Origin: Tidjanibacter sp.
GTDB taxonomy: Bacteria; Bacteroidota; Bacteroidia; Bacteroidales; Rikenellaceae
DNA: 64,000 nt
Direction of reading: 5' to 3'
Assembly (NCBI GenBank): GCA_045580045.1
Contig: JAZNNC010000025.1
Location: 20,367 to 84,366, forward strand
Part shown: piece by piece, positions 35,875 through 46,530 of the stretch
Layout of the letters: every line of letters starts with the position of its first letter
Position numbering within the stretch: the first letter of the stretch is position 1
The notes under the pieces: generated by a model
Seen by the model: the letters and a program-made list of their open reading frames with translations, nothing else
Told to the model about the DNA's origin: nothing
Databases searched by the model: none
Made by a program: the position numbers and the translations under genes

Positions 35875-37308
35875 ATGAAGACAACAGATTTCCCCGTGAG
35901 GGCACACTCTGAAAGCGAAGAGAGCTACAAGACTTTCACCAAAGACAAACGCAGTCGCACTTCCAGACCACAGGCACTCTATTCCACCTCATCCTACAAT
36001 CGCGCCCCAAAGAGCGAGGAGAGTGTTGAGCGCCGTTCGTTCAACCCCAACTTCACACGCGACAACCGACTAATCGACCGCAACAGGTCATCCTATGGCC
36101 GCTCGGAACGTAGCGAAGGAGGCTACAACCGCGAGGAGAGGCACTCGTTCAACCGCGAGCGCAATTTCAACCGTGAGGAGAGGCCTTCGTTCGGCCGCGA
36201 GCGCAGTTTCAATCGCGAGGAGGGTTACAACCGAGAGGAGAGGCCCTCGTTCAACCGCGAGCGCAACTTCAACCGTGAGGAGAGGCCTTCCTTCAAACGC
36301 GAACGCAATTTCAATCGCGAGGAGGGCTACAACCGAGAGGAAAGGCCTTCGTTCAACCGCGAGCGAAATTTCAACCGAGAGAACAATCAAGAGGGAGGTT
36401 TCCGTCCTCGTCATAATAAGTTTGGCAGCAAGCCGTCATTCGGCCACGACAAGGGTGGTTTTGCGCCCAAGAAGAGCAGCGGTAAGTTCCACTCCGAGCG
36501 TGCGCCCAAAGAGCCCAAACCTTTTGTAAACACAGCCAATACCTATACGTTGGAGAACTACCCCTCCTATGCAGCACCCAAAATTGAGGGCGAGATTCGT
36601 CTGAACCGCTATATCTCTATGTCGGGCATCTGCTCTCGCAGGGAGGCCGACGAGTATATCACCTCCGGACAAATCACCGTCAATGGAGAGGTCGTTACCG
36701 AGTTGGGTTCGAAGGTACACCAGAACGACGTTGTATGCTACAACGGCAAACAGATACACAACGAGAAGAAGGTCTATATTGTGATGAACAAACCCAAAGG
36801 TTTTGTTACCACTCTCGACGACCCACACGCCGATAAGAGTGTGATGGACCTCGTGAAGAACGCCTGTACGGAACGCATCTACCCTGTGGGGCGTTTGGAC
36901 AAAAACAGCGTGGGCGTGTTGTTGCTGACCAACGATGGCGACCTTGCAAAAAAGCTCACTCACCCCACCTATGAGAAGAAAAAAATCTATCAGGTGAGTC
37001 TTGACAAACGTCTGGCAAGGGCCGATTTGGAGCGTCTGATTATGGGTATCACCCTCGAAGATGGCGACATTGCCGCCGACGACGTTTGCTACGTTGACGA
37101 CCCCACTTGTAAGAATGCTGTCGGCATCGAGATTCACTCGGGCCGTAACCGTATTGTAAGGCGTATGTTTGAGCACGTCGGCTATCGTGTCGGCAAGCTC
37201 GACAGGGTGTATTTTGCAGGTCTGACGAAGCAAAAACTCAAACGTGGCGAGTGGCGATTCCTGACCGAAAAAGAGGTCTCGATGCTCAAATCGGGCAACT
37301 ACGAGTAG
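35875..37308 (+). CDS. RsuA/RluB/RluF-family pseudouridine synthase with an S4 domain and a long repetitive N-terminus
   Basis: IRLNRYIS..GICSRREAD (S4), NKPKG, RIYPVGRLDKNS, GRNRIVRRMF, LDRV. ATG at 35875. Confidence 0.93.
   Translation: MKTTDFPVRAHSESEESYKTFTKDKRSRTSRPQALYSTSSYNRAPKSEESVERRSFNPNFTRDNRLIDRNRSSYGRSERSEGGYNREERHSFNRERNFNREERPSFGRERSFNREEGYNREERPSFNRERNFNREERPSFKRERNFNREEGYNREERPSFNRERNFNRENNQEGGFRPRHNKFGSKPSFGHDKGGFAPKKSSGKFHSERAPKEPKPFVNTANTYTLENYPSYAAPKIEGEIRLNRYISMSGICSRREADEYITSGQITVNGEVVTELGSKVHQNDVVCYNGKQIHNEKKVYIVMNKPKGFVTTLDDPHADKSVMDLVKNACTERIYPVGRLDKNSVGVLLLTNDGDLAKKLTHPTYEKKKIYQVSLDKRLARADLERLIMGITLEDGDIAADDVCYVDDPTCKNAVGIEIHSGRNRIVRRMFEHVGYRVGKLDRVYFAGLTKQKLKRGEWRFLTEKEVSMLKSGNYE
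36115..36381 (+). repeat. Coding tandem repeats (REERPSFN / RERNFN / REEGYN)
   Basis: Visible in both the DNA and the protein. Confidence 0.9.
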
Positions 37309-37352
37309 ATCTTTGGTCAAACATCAACAGTTTCGAACTCTTGACAGAAAGA

Positions 37353-37394
37353 GGACGTTGGACGTTAGACGTTGGACGTTGGACATTAGACAAT
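37353..37394 (+). repeat. Heptamer array GGACGTT GGACGTT AGACGTT GGACGTT GGACATT AGACAAT
   Basis: Six units read directly between the pseudouridine synthase and patatin genes. Confidence 0.9.
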
Positions 37395-37403
37395 AGTTAG
37401 CAA

Positions 37404-39653
37404 ATGAAACGTATTGGTAAGGTTGTGTTGGCCGCAATGGTGTTTGCGGTTGTGGTGTTGGCACCCTGCACTTTGGGCGCCAGCCCGAAGGTTGTTGATG
37501 ACCCTGCGGCTCCCGGTCGTAAGCGTGTGGGATTGGTGCTGAGTGGCGGTGGTGCCAAAGGTGCTGCCCAGCTGCGCATCATCAAAGCCATAGAAGAGGC
37601 AGGCATCCCCATTGACTACATTGCCGGCACCAGCATCGGTTCCATCATTGGAGGACTCTACTCGGTGGGCTACACTGTGGAGGAAATAGAGGAGCTCTTT
37701 ACGTCGATGAATTGGTTCAACATCTTCACCGACCGCAACGAACGCTCCAAACAACTCCTCAGAGATAAACACAAGGACGATGCCTATATGTTTGATGCCA
37801 TACTTTCGGCCGACGACATATCGTTGCCGAGTGGCATTGTCAGGGGCGACAAGTTTATGGACCAACTGAGCGAACTGCTGCTCGGCTACCAACAAATCGA
37901 CTCCTTCGACAACCTCCCCATCCCCTTTGCCAGCGTGTCGTATGATATGAACACCGGCAGCGAGTATGTGGCTCGCGGTGGCAGCCTGCCAATTGCCATC
38001 AGGGCGAGTATGTCAATTCCGGGTGTCTTCAAACCTGTAAGATACAAGAATATGCTATTGGTTGATGGCGGCGTTTACAACAACTTCCCCGTGGATGTGG
38101 TTAGGGATATGGGTGCCGAGATTGTCATTGGTATAGATCTCGCCGATGGAATACGCACCGACGACGATTTGGCCAATATGGTGCTCATCTTCGAGCAGCT
38201 CACCACCTTCCTCGGCAGGGATAAGTATGAGGCAAACCTCGCCTCGTGCGACTACTATATGCATCCCGAAGTTGCCCCCTACACTGCTGCAAGTTTCAAC
38301 GCAGAGGCTGTTGATTCGCTAATTATGCGTGGTCAAGTGGAGGCCGACAAACATCGTGTCGGGTTACAGGAGCTGCGCAAAAAGATTGGTCTGCCCGAAG
38401 GTTATATGCCGCCTAAGCGACAAAAACACTATTCGAGCGACACAAAACTCTACATCGGCCCCATCCGATTCCGAGGATTCAACAAGTCGGAACAGGCGCT
38501 CATCAACCGCTATCTCAACCTGCGCCCCTACACAACCGTAACACGCAAGGAGTTCAACCAGCACATCGAAGATGTGCGCAACTTGGGTGGCTTCGACTTT
38601 GTACGATACAGCCTCAACAACCGTGCACCCTACGAGTTGACCATTGGTGTAAACGAGAAGGAAAATGCCTCGGTTCACGTCGGTTTTCGTTTCGATTCTC
38701 AGGAATTAGCCTCGCTGTTGTTGGCAACGGAGATGACTATGCACGGCAACTATTTCAAGCCCAAGTTCGCGCTCAAAACCCGTTTGAGCCAGAGTCCCTA
38801 TGTTCAGTTGAGCGCATCCAGCAGCAGGGTTTTCTTTGGCGACTTTACGTTTGCATACAAATATCAGTATCACGACTTTACGTTCTACAAAAACGAAATA
38901 AGGCAGAATGCTGTTTGTTTCAACGAACATAGTCTGTCGATGCGTTTTTCGGACATATACCTGCGCAATTTCAATATGAGTCTGGGGGTGGAATATGACT
39001 TCTTCGACTTCCGCCACTCGCTCTACCACACCCCTTCGGGCACTCTCGCCGAGGCCAAGCCGGAGGGCTATCTGAACTACATCATCAACGGCCACTACGA
39101 GAGCCTCGACGATTTCTATATGCCACGCAAGGGTTGGTCCATTGAGGCCAATTACACAATCCACACAACCAATGGTTTGGAGGTTAATGGAGGTGCACCT
39201 TTCACCGCGTTGCAGTATGATGTCAAGAGGGTTCTCACCCCCTTCAAAGGCCAGCTCACACTCATAGGCTCACTCTATGGGCGCACACTCATCGGCCCAA
39301 GATCTACCTACCCCTACCAAAACTCTATGGGTGGAATACTGCCGGGCAGGCATATGGTGCAACAGATGCCTTTTGTCGGTATTCAGCACATCGAATTGTG
39401 CGATAATTCCGTGATGGTTGGTGCCATTGAGGCCAGATATGAGTTCATTAAGAACCACACCATTTCGGCCGTTGCCAACTATGCCTTGCAGAACGACAAT
39501 TTTTGGGAGATGTTCGGCGGAGAGCAGTCGCTATTGGGTTTTGGAGTGAAATATACCTACCACACCTCGCTGGGCCCCCTGGCAGTATTGGCAAGCGGTA
39601 CGAACGACAACCCTCTGGGAGGTCTTTACGTTAGTTTCGGTAAGAATTTTTAG
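37404..39653 (+). CDS. Patatin-like phospholipase fused to a POTRA-like segment and an outer-membrane beta-barrel (PlpD/type Vd-like)
   Basis: Signal peptide; GGGAKG, GTSIG, DGGVYNN; alternating beta-strands and a C-terminal YVSFGKNF. Confidence 0.88.
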   Translation: MKRIGKVVLAAMVFAVVVLAPCTLGASPKVVDDPAAPGRKRVGLVLSGGGAKGAAQLRIIKAIEEAGIPIDYIAGTSIGSIIGGLYSVGYTVEEIEELFTSMNWFNIFTDRNERSKQLLRDKHKDDAYMFDAILSADDISLPSGIVRGDKFMDQLSELLLGYQQIDSFDNLPIPFASVSYDMNTGSEYVARGGSLPIAIRASMSIPGVFKPVRYKNMLLVDGGVYNNFPVDVVRDMGAEIVIGIDLADGIRTDDDLANMVLIFEQLTTFLGRDKYEANLASCDYYMHPEVAPYTAASFNAEAVDSLIMRGQVEADKHRVGLQELRKKIGLPEGYMPPKRQKHYSSDTKLYIGPIRFRGFNKSEQALINRYLNLRPYTTVTRKEFNQHIEDVRNLGGFDFVRYSLNNRAPYELTIGVNEKENASVHVGFRFDSQELASLLLATEMTMHGNYFKPKFALKTRLSQSPYVQLSASSSRVFFGDFTFAYKYQYHDFTFYKNEIRQNAVCFNEHSLSMRFSDIYLRNFNMSLGVEYDFFDFRHSLYHTPSGTLAEAKPEGYLNYIINGHYESLDDFYMPRKGWSIEANYTIHTTNGLEVNGGAPFTALQYDVKRVLTPFKGQLTLIGSLYGRTLIGPRSTYPYQNSMGGILPGRHMVQQMPFVGIQHIELCDNSVMVGAIEARYEFIKNHTISAVANYALQNDNFWEMFGGEQSLLGFGVKYTYHTSLGPLAVLASGTNDNPLGGLYVSFGKNF

Positions 39654-39680
39654 CACATCACGGAAAACATTGCCACAACA

Positions 39681-39719
39681 AAAAAACGGCTTACGTTTGA
39701 CCAACGTAAGCCGTTTTTT
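39681..39719. terminator. Bidirectional terminator between patatin and rlmI
   Basis: aaaaaacggcttacgtt-tgacc-aacgtaagccgtttttt. Confidence 0.88.
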
Positions 39720-39736
39720 GTTGCTCATATCACCCT

Positions 39737-40924
39737 CTACTCCACATAGAGCACCAAGCCTTTGAGGTACTCGCCCTCCGGGTGGTAGATGTTGATTGGG
39801 TGGTCGGTGGGTTGAGTCAGCTGGTGAAGGATACGCACCTTACGGCCCGCAATGGCCGCAGCCGAAAAGACCGCCAATCGGAATTGCTCCTTGCTCACAG
39901 CCTGCGAGCAACTGAATGTGAACAATATACCCCCCTTTGCAATCTTTTCCATAGCCCTTGCATTGAGCCTCTTGTAGCCCTGCAAAGCGTTACCAAGCAC
40001 CTTGTGGTGTTTGGCAAATGCGGGAGGGTCCAGAATAACCATATCATACTCGCCTTCCTTCACTGTGCGGAGGAAGTCGAAGGTATCCATCGCTGCGCTC
40101 TTATGTGGCGCGCCCTCGGGGAAGTTGAGTACCACGTTGCGCTCGACGAGTTCCACCGCCAGCGCACTGCTATCCACACTCGTAACGCTCCTTGCGCCAC
40201 CCGCAAGGCCGTAAATCGAAAAGCCACCCGTGTAGCAAAACGTATTCAACAAGTTACGTCCCTCGGCATATCGGCCCACCAATTCGCGGTTGGCCCTCTG
40301 GTCAATGAAAAATCCCGTCTTTTGGCCCTTAGCCCAATTAACGGCAAACTTGTGGCCGCCTTCCAACACCACCTCCTCGCCCTTGCCGTGGCCCCAAAGG
40401 TAGCCATCTTCGGCTCCGAGGTCGGCCTTGTAGGGGAGCGTCTGGGCGCTCTTGTCATAGACAGCCGTCAATCGCTCGCCATAGCAAGCCCTCAGTGCAT
40501 CCACAATAGCCTCCCTCGAAAGGTACATACCCACGCTATGGCACTGAATCACAGCCGTTGAGCCATAGATATCCACAACCAAACCGGGAAGATTATCGCC
40601 CTCGCCGTGTACCAATCGGTAGCAGGTGGTCTTCTCGTTGTCCGTCAGCCCGAGTGCCTTACGCACCGCATAGGCCGACTCTATACGCCTTGTCCACCAA
40701 GCCCCATCAATCTCCTCCTGCTCGAAGGTCAGTACCCTCACTGCGATAGAGCCGACCTGACAGTGGCCCCTTGCGATAAACTCCTTGTCGTGGGAGTAGA
40801 TGTCAACAATCTCACCCTCCTCCAAAGGTTGGTCGGCCGAGTGAATTGCTCCCGAGAACACCCAGGGGTGGTGGCGCATCAAGGACTCCTCCTTGCCACG
40901 TTTGAGAATAATTTTTTTAATCAT
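39737..40924 (-). CDS. rlmI: RlmI-family class I SAM-dependent rRNA methyltransferase
   Basis: PUA N-terminus HPWVFSGAI, RLVHGEGDNLPGLVVD, GQKTGFFIDQR, LNTFCYTGGFS, LDPPAF, HP...EGEYLK. Confidence 0.9.
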   Translation of the reverse strand: MIKKIILKRGKEESLMRHHPWVFSGAIHSADQPLEEGEIVDIYSHDKEFIARGHCQVGSIAVRVLTFEQEEIDGAWWTRRIESAYAVRKALGLTDNEKTTCYRLVHGEGDNLPGLVVDIYGSTAVIQCHSVGMYLSREAIVDALRACYGERLTAVYDKSAQTLPYKADLGAEDGYLWGHGKGEEVVLEGGHKFAVNWAKGQKTGFFIDQRANRELVGRYAEGRNLLNTFCYTGGFSIYGLAGGARSVTSVDSSALAVELVERNVVLNFPEGAPHKSAAMDTFDFLRTVKEGEYDMVILDPPAFAKHHKVLGNALQGYKRLNARAMEKIAKGGILFTFSCSQAVSKEQFRLAVFSAAAIAGRKVRILHQLTQPTDHPINIYHPEGEYLKGLVLYVE

Positions 40925-41684
40925 TGTCGGGTTGTGTCTGTTTTACTCTTTTGCGGTTACGATGTGGTCTGCGGCGTTTACGGAGAGAGGGTTTTTCCTC
41001 ATCGCTCGCCGGTTTCACGCTCTTTGGAGCCTCAACTTTGGGCTGTGGGAACACATCCGCTTTGGGGCTGTGGGTTCCATCGCCAAAGAGCTTTCTGTAC
41101 ATTGCGAGGCACACCCACGCATCCGTCGCAGCATAGCGCAGCTGTGCCGAGGTCATCTCCTTGGCTTCCCAATTACTCAACCTCTGGGCCTTGCTCACCC
41201 CAACACCGAGAATTATTGCCGCCATCTTACGCAGGCTCTTGTCCTCAATACCAAAGGCTCCCACCTCTTGTTGCAACTCCACAAAACCCCCTGCTCGGAA
41301 GTGGCGCAGTTTGCACAAGTTGCGAATGTCGCCCACAACGTCCACGCCCACCTTCAAGACCTCCTTGCTCTCCAACAATTTCAGGAGAGGTTTCTCCATC
41401 CTCATCGAGCAGAGCCTCACAAGGTAGCACACCTTGTCGGTAGAGAGTTGCACCAGCGACACGTTGTAGCTCACGCCCGCCTTGAACGAGGGGCGGGTTT
41501 CGGTGTCGAATCCCACCACATCGCACTGCATCAACACCTCGCACGCCTTGACAAGTTTTTCGGGCGTATCGACAATCTCAATACGTCCCTCAAACCCAAC
41601 CACAGGCAGTTCCTTTATCTCGTCGGGTGTTATGCTGCTTTGATACTTTTTCACGGCCACAAAATTATCTATTCTTCTTGACAA
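40917..41684 (-). CDS. 3'-5' exonuclease (DEDDy, RNase D/WRN-like)
   Basis: VGFDTET (ExoI), LVQLS, SLRKM, LSNW, YAATDA (ExoIII). Confidence 0.9.
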   Translation of the reverse strand: MSRRIDNFVAVKKYQSSITPDEIKELPVVGFEGRIEIVDTPEKLVKACEVLMQCDVVGFDTETRPSFKAGVSYNVSLVQLSTDKVCYLVRLCSMRMEKPLLKLLESKEVLKVGVDVVGDIRNLCKLRHFRAGGFVELQQEVGAFGIEDKSLRKMAAIILGVGVSKAQRLSNWEAKEMTSAQLRYAATDAWVCLAMYRKLFGDGTHSPKADVFPQPKVEAPKSVKPASDEEKPSLRKRRRPHRNRKRVKQTQPDND

Positions 41685-43590
41685 AACCGCCCCCTAAGCT
41701 ACAAATTTCTCCCTCGGCGGTGAGTTTTTCCACCACGCGGGCAATATCCATCGGAGGAACATTCAGTTTGCGGACCAATGTGTGAGCCTCCACACTACCC
41801 TCTCTCTCAATCTCTTCCATAATGGTTTTGGCAATTCGTTCCTCCTGCGAAGGCGTTGGTACCCCTCCTCGCTTACGCTCAATACACAAGTCGCACACTC
41901 CGCACTCCACAGCATCGTTCTCGCCAAAATATTGTTGCAGAAAGCGGCTACGGCATCCGTTGCTCTCCTGTGAGGCGTAGTCCAACATAGCCTCCATCCT
42001 CTCGCGAGCCGCCTCCTTGCGCATACGATAGACCTCCGGACTGATACAGACATCCCTCATCGGCACCCTATCGCACAGAAATTGCACCATCGGCGAAGTG
42101 CTCCTCGGGCGGTACTCCACGATGTGTTTGCGCCACAACATACGCAGCACCTCCACCACCCTACTCTCTTCGCAGTGGGCGTGGAAGGCAATGTTCTCAA
42201 TATCTATCGGGCGGAAGTCGGTAAATACACCCTCGCACTGTCTTAGCACAGCCAACAACACCTCCTCCACCTCTCGGTTCTGTTCGCGAAAGTTGTAGAG
42301 GTCCTCACGGCTCACCACAAACCTCAGGCGTGCCGAGTGGTCGCTATCCTCCGTAAGAAGAACATATCCACTCTGGGCCAGCAGTTTGAAGCAGTTGCGC
42401 ACAGCCGACACACTCATACGGTGGTGCTCGGCAAACTTATACTCGTTGAAGACAAACGACACGCCCGCTCCCTCGCCATAGGCCACCATAAGGTGCGAGC
42501 AGACCTTGTCATAAAACTCCTTTACGGCAGGAATCGAGGGAAAAGCACCCTCCAAGCGTTTGAGCGCATTGGCCTTCTCGTAGCTATCCATCAGCAGCAC
42601 AGCATAGCTACGCACTCCATCACGACCTGCACGGCCTGCCTCCTGATAATAGGCCTCGGGGCTATCGCACATATCGTAGTGAATCACAGCCCTCACGTTG
42701 CCCTTGTTGATACCCATACCGAAGGCGTTGGTTGCCACCATCACCCTGACCTTCTCCTTCTGCCAATCGTCCTGTCGTAGAGCACGTTCCGTGTGGCTCA
42801 GCCCTGCGTGGTAGAACTCCGCCGCAAATCCCCTTTTCTTCAACTCCTCGGCCACCTTCTCGCACTTCTCCCTCAGGCGCACATAGACGATGGCACTACC
42901 CTCCACACCCGACAGTACCCTACACATCTGTTCCATCTTGTCGTCCACCCTGCGCACCACATACGAGAGATTAGGGCGTACAAGTCCACGTCTGATAATG
43001 TTTGGTTCGGCAAAGGCCAAGTGGTGCATAACATCCTCGGCAACCCTCTCCGTAGCCGTGGCCGTGAGGGCCAACACAGGCGCATCGGGCACCAGACGAC
43101 GTATCTCGGCAATTCGCAGGTAGGAGGGCCTAAAATCGTAGCCCCATTGGGATATGCAGTGGGCCTCGTCAACGGCCAGCAGCGACACCTTCATTTTGGC
43201 CACCCTCGCACGGAAAATCTCGCTCGCAAGCCTCTCCGGAGCCACATACAGAAACTTAACATCGCCATAGACACAGTTGTCCAAAGCGATGTCTATCTTG
43301 CGTGGCGAAAGACCGCTGTGGATGGCCACAGCGTTAATGCCCCTATCTCGCAGCGAATCTACTTGGTCTTTCATCAGCGACACCAACGGAGTAACCACCA
43401 CACACACTCCCTCGCGCATCATCGTAGGGGTCTGATAGAGAATGGATTTACCACCACCCGTGGGCATCAACACAAGGGTATCACGTCCCGCAAGGACACT
43501 CTCGATAACCTCTTGTTGTCCTTGACGCAACTCCTTATAGCCCCACCATCGGGCAAGTGTGGAGAGTATTTCCTCTCTATGATTTGTCAT
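41665..43590 (-). CDS. RecQ-family ATP-dependent DNA helicase (second paralog)
   Basis: PTGGGKS, VDEAHCISQWG.DFRPSY, LTATA, ATNAFGMG, YYQEAGRAGRDG, C-terminal CR...CGVCD.C zinc motif. Start uncertain (43590 or 43596). Confidence 0.92.
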   Translation of the reverse strand: MTNHREEILSTLARWWGYKELRQGQQEVIESVLAGRDTLVLMPTGGGKSILYQTPTMMREGVCVVVTPLVSLMKDQVDSLRDRGINAVAIHSGLSPRKIDIALDNCVYGDVKFLYVAPERLASEIFRARVAKMKVSLLAVDEAHCISQWGYDFRPSYLRIAEIRRLVPDAPVLALTATATERVAEDVMHHLAFAEPNIIRRGLVRPNLSYVVRRVDDKMEQMCRVLSGVEGSAIVYVRLREKCEKVAEELKKRGFAAEFYHAGLSHTERALRQDDWQKEKVRVMVATNAFGMGINKGNVRAVIHYDMCDSPEAYYQEAGRAGRDGVRSYAVLLMDSYEKANALKRLEGAFPSIPAVKEFYDKVCSHLMVAYGEGAGVSFVFNEYKFAEHHRMSVSAVRNCFKLLAQSGYVLLTEDSDHSARLRFVVSREDLYNFREQNREVEEVLLAVLRQCEGVFTDFRPIDIENIAFHAHCEESRVVEVLRMLWRKHIVEYRPRSTSPMVQFLCDRVPMRDVCISPEVYRMRKEAARERMEAMLDYASQESNGCRSRFLQQYFGENDAVECGVCDLCIERKRGGVPTPSQEERIAKTIMEEIEREGSVEAHTLVRKLNVPPMDIARVVEKLTAEGEICSLGGGFVKKNR

Positions 43591-43597
43591 AAACATT

Positions 43598-46417
43598 CTA
43601 ACCAAGCACCTCTCGGAGGAAAGCACCCGTGTAGCTCTCTTCCACCTGTGCCACCTGTTCGGGTGTGCCTGTGGCTACCACATAACCACCTGCTTTTCCT
43701 CCCTCGGGGCCCATATCCACAATCCAATCGGCACACTTAATCACATCCAGATTGTGCTCGATTATTATCACGCTATTACCCCTTTCAACAAGTTTGTTGA
43801 ACACAGCCAGCAGTTGGCGGATATCCTCGAAATGAAGGCCCGTAGTCGGTTCGTCGAAGATATACAAAGTGCGCCCCGTATCCCTCTTGGCCAGCTCCGA
43901 AGAGAGTTTTATTCGTTGGCTCTCACCGCCCGACAATGTGGTACAACTCTGGCCCAATTTGAGGTAACCAAGTCCCACATCCCTGATGGCCGCAAGTTTG
44001 GTCTTAATGGATGGAATGTTCTCGAAGAACTCAACCGCCTGATTGATTGTCATATTGAGCACATCGTTGATATTCTTGCCCTTATATTTCACTTCGAGCG
44101 TTTGGCGATTGTAGCGGTGGCCACCACAAGCCTTGCAGGTTACATATACATCCGGCAGGAAGTTCATCTCGATAGTCTGCACGCCCGCACCCTTACACTC
44201 CTCGCATCTTCCCCCCTTTACATTAAACGAGAAGCGACTCGCACCGAAGCCCCTAATCTGCGCATCGGGGGTTTTCTCAAAGAGCTTACGGATGTCGGCA
44301 AAGACATTGGAGTAGGTTGCGGGGTTGCTCCTCGGAGTGCGTCCGATAGGCGATTGGTCCACAACCACAATCTTGTCTATATGCTCCACACCCTCCAAGC
44401 CGTCAAACGGAAGATATTGGTCGAAGGAGCGATAGAATTTGCGTGTAAGATAGGGACGCAGGGTTTCGTTGATTAGCGAGCTTTTGCCACTTCCGCTCAC
44501 ACCCGTAACGCACACCATCACGCCCAGAGGTATCTCCACCGTAACATTTTTGAGATTATTGCCCCTTGCACCCACAATACGCAGACTCTCTGTCCACTCT
44601 CTTCTCTTCTCCGGCACCTCAATACGGCGGCGGCCTGCAAGGTAGTCGGCAGTGAGCGAATCGGCCTTCACAATGTCGTCATAGGTACCCTCGGCAACCA
44701 CCTCGCCACCCTTACGGCCTGCCAGCGGGCCAATATCCACTATCCAATCGGCCGAGCGCATCATCTCCTCATCGTGCTCCACCACAATCACCGAGTTACC
44801 CTCATCTCGGAGGTTTTCCAGCGAGCGAATAAGTTTGCGGTTATCCCTCTGGTGCAGGCCAATACTCGGCTCATCGAGTATGTAGAGCACATTCACAAGT
44901 TTGCTACCCACCTGCGTTGCCAGCCTGATACGTTGGCTCTCGCCACCCGAAAGGCTCCTCGAAGCCCTGCTCAGCGACAAATAGCCCAAGCCAACGTCGC
45001 ACAGAAAGCCCAAACGTTCGCTAATCTCCTTTATAATCTCCCTTGCAATGGTGCGCTCCTTGGCGGTCATCTGCTCAGGCACCGTGGCTATCCACTCCCT
45101 GAGCTCCTCAATGCTCATATCGCACACCTCGGCAATATTCTTGCCCGCGATGCGGAAGTAGAGCGCATCGCCTTTGAGCCTCGTACCTCCGCACACACTA
45201 CACGGCCTGTGTTCGATGAATTGGCCGAGCCATTTGGCACCCGTACCCCGTGTGCTCTCTTCGGTGTTGTTCTCGATATATTGTGTGATACCCTGCCAAG
45301 AAATCATCCTCACACCGCCCCCTCCATAGAGTCCGCTAACGGCCAAAGGCTCTGCATCGCCATTGATGATGGCCGAGAGGGCCTCTTCGGACAGCGTACT
45401 CACCGGATCGTTGATAGTAAAGTCGTAGCGGTGGCCCAAAGCCGACATCATCGTCAAAAACCACTGGGAACGCAATTTGTAGAGAGGAGCAATAGCTCCG
45501 TCGGCAATACTCATACTTCCATCCGGAAGGAGTTTTTCCCTATCGAAGACAGCCTCCTCGCCCAAGCCGCCGCAGTGGGGGCAGGCTCCTTGTGGGGAGT
45601 TGAACGAGAAGGTGTGGGGTGCGGGCTCGTCGAACGATACACCCGTGGTGGGGCACATCAGGTGGCGCGAATAGTAGCGTGCCACATCGGCCTCAAAGTC
45701 ATAGACCGAGATTGTGCCCTTACCCTGCCTCATTGCCTCTTTGAGGCTCTTAACAAGGCGGTCCCCGCTGCTCTCGCCCACAATAAGTCTATCCACAACG
45801 AGTTCGATGGTGTGGGTTTTGTAGCGGTCGAGCCTCATTCCGGAGGTAATCTCCTGCACCACGCCATCCACTCTCACGTGCAGAAAGCCACGTTTGGCGA
45901 AGCCCTCAAAGAGTTCCCTATAATGGCCCTTACGTCCCTTGACCACCGGAGTCAGCAGGGCGATTTTGTGGCCCGCAAAGTTCTCCTCAATCAGGGCTAT
46001 AATCTGTTCATCGGTGTAGTGGATCATCTCCTCACCGGTGTTGGGCGAGTAGGCCCTCGAAGCACGTGCATAGAGAAGGCGCAGGAAGTCGTTAATCTCC
46101 GTAACGGTGCCCACCGTCGAGCGTGGGTTCTTGTTGGTGGTCTTTTGCTCGATGGCCACCACAGGGCTAAGCCCCTCTATCTTGTCCACATCGGGCCTCT
46201 CCATCGTGCCGATAAACTGGCGCGCATAGGCCGACAGAGTCTCCATATACCTCCTCTGTCCCTCGGCATAGATGGTGTCGAAGGCCAGCGAACTCTTGCC
46301 ACTACCCGAAAGGCCCGTGATGACCACAAGGCTCTCGCGAGGCATCTCCAAACTCACATTTTTCAGGTTGTTAACCCTCGCACCCGTGATGACTATTTTT
46401 TCCTGTTCCTTTGTCAT
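43598..46417 (-). CDS. uvrA: Excinuclease ABC subunit A
   Basis: Two ABC modules (GLSGSGKSS, GVSGSGKSS, two LSGGESQRI), zinc fingers, ILDEPSIGLHQRD, IFDEPTTGLH. ATG at 46417 preferred. Confidence 0.98.
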   Translation of the reverse strand: MTKEQEKIVITGARVNNLKNVSLEMPRESLVVITGLSGSGKSSLAFDTIYAEGQRRYMETLSAYARQFIGTMERPDVDKIEGLSPVVAIEQKTTNKNPRSTVGTVTEINDFLRLLYARASRAYSPNTGEEMIHYTDEQIIALIEENFAGHKIALLTPVVKGRKGHYRELFEGFAKRGFLHVRVDGVVQEITSGMRLDRYKTHTIELVVDRLIVGESSGDRLVKSLKEAMRQGKGTISVYDFEADVARYYSRHLMCPTTGVSFDEPAPHTFSFNSPQGACPHCGGLGEEAVFDREKLLPDGSMSIADGAIAPLYKLRSQWFLTMMSALGHRYDFTINDPVSTLSEEALSAIINGDAEPLAVSGLYGGGGVRMISWQGITQYIENNTEESTRGTGAKWLGQFIEHRPCSVCGGTRLKGDALYFRIAGKNIAEVCDMSIEELREWIATVPEQMTAKERTIAREIIKEISERLGFLCDVGLGYLSLSRASRSLSGGESQRIRLATQVGSKLVNVLYILDEPSIGLHQRDNRKLIRSLENLRDEGNSVIVVEHDEEMMRSADWIVDIGPLAGRKGGEVVAEGTYDDIVKADSLTADYLAGRRRIEVPEKRREWTESLRIVGARGNNLKNVTVEIPLGVMVCVTGVSGSGKSSLINETLRPYLTRKFYRSFDQYLPFDGLEGVEHIDKIVVVDQSPIGRTPRSNPATYSNVFADIRKLFEKTPDAQIRGFGASRFSFNVKGGRCEECKGAGVQTIEMNFLPDVYVTCKACGGHRYNRQTLEVKYKGKNINDVLNMTINQAVEFFENIPSIKTKLAAIRDVGLGYLKLGQSCTTLSGGESQRIKLSSELAKRDTGRTLYIFDEPTTGLHFEDIRQLLAVFNKLVERGNSVIIIEHNLDVIKCADWIVDMGPEGGKAGGYVVATGTPEQVAQVEESYTGAFLREVLG

Positions 46418-46530
46418 AAACGAAAAAACGGTGCAGACCACCGAGGCCCGCATTTTTTTATCTGACAAAAATAGTGATTTTCTCGCATTAAAACCATACA
46501 TTTGCACAAAATATCACACACAAAAGAGTT

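Noticed and set aside
44774-46465. 563-aa and other plus-strand ORFs over uvrA
   Set aside because: Antisense shadows of uvrA.
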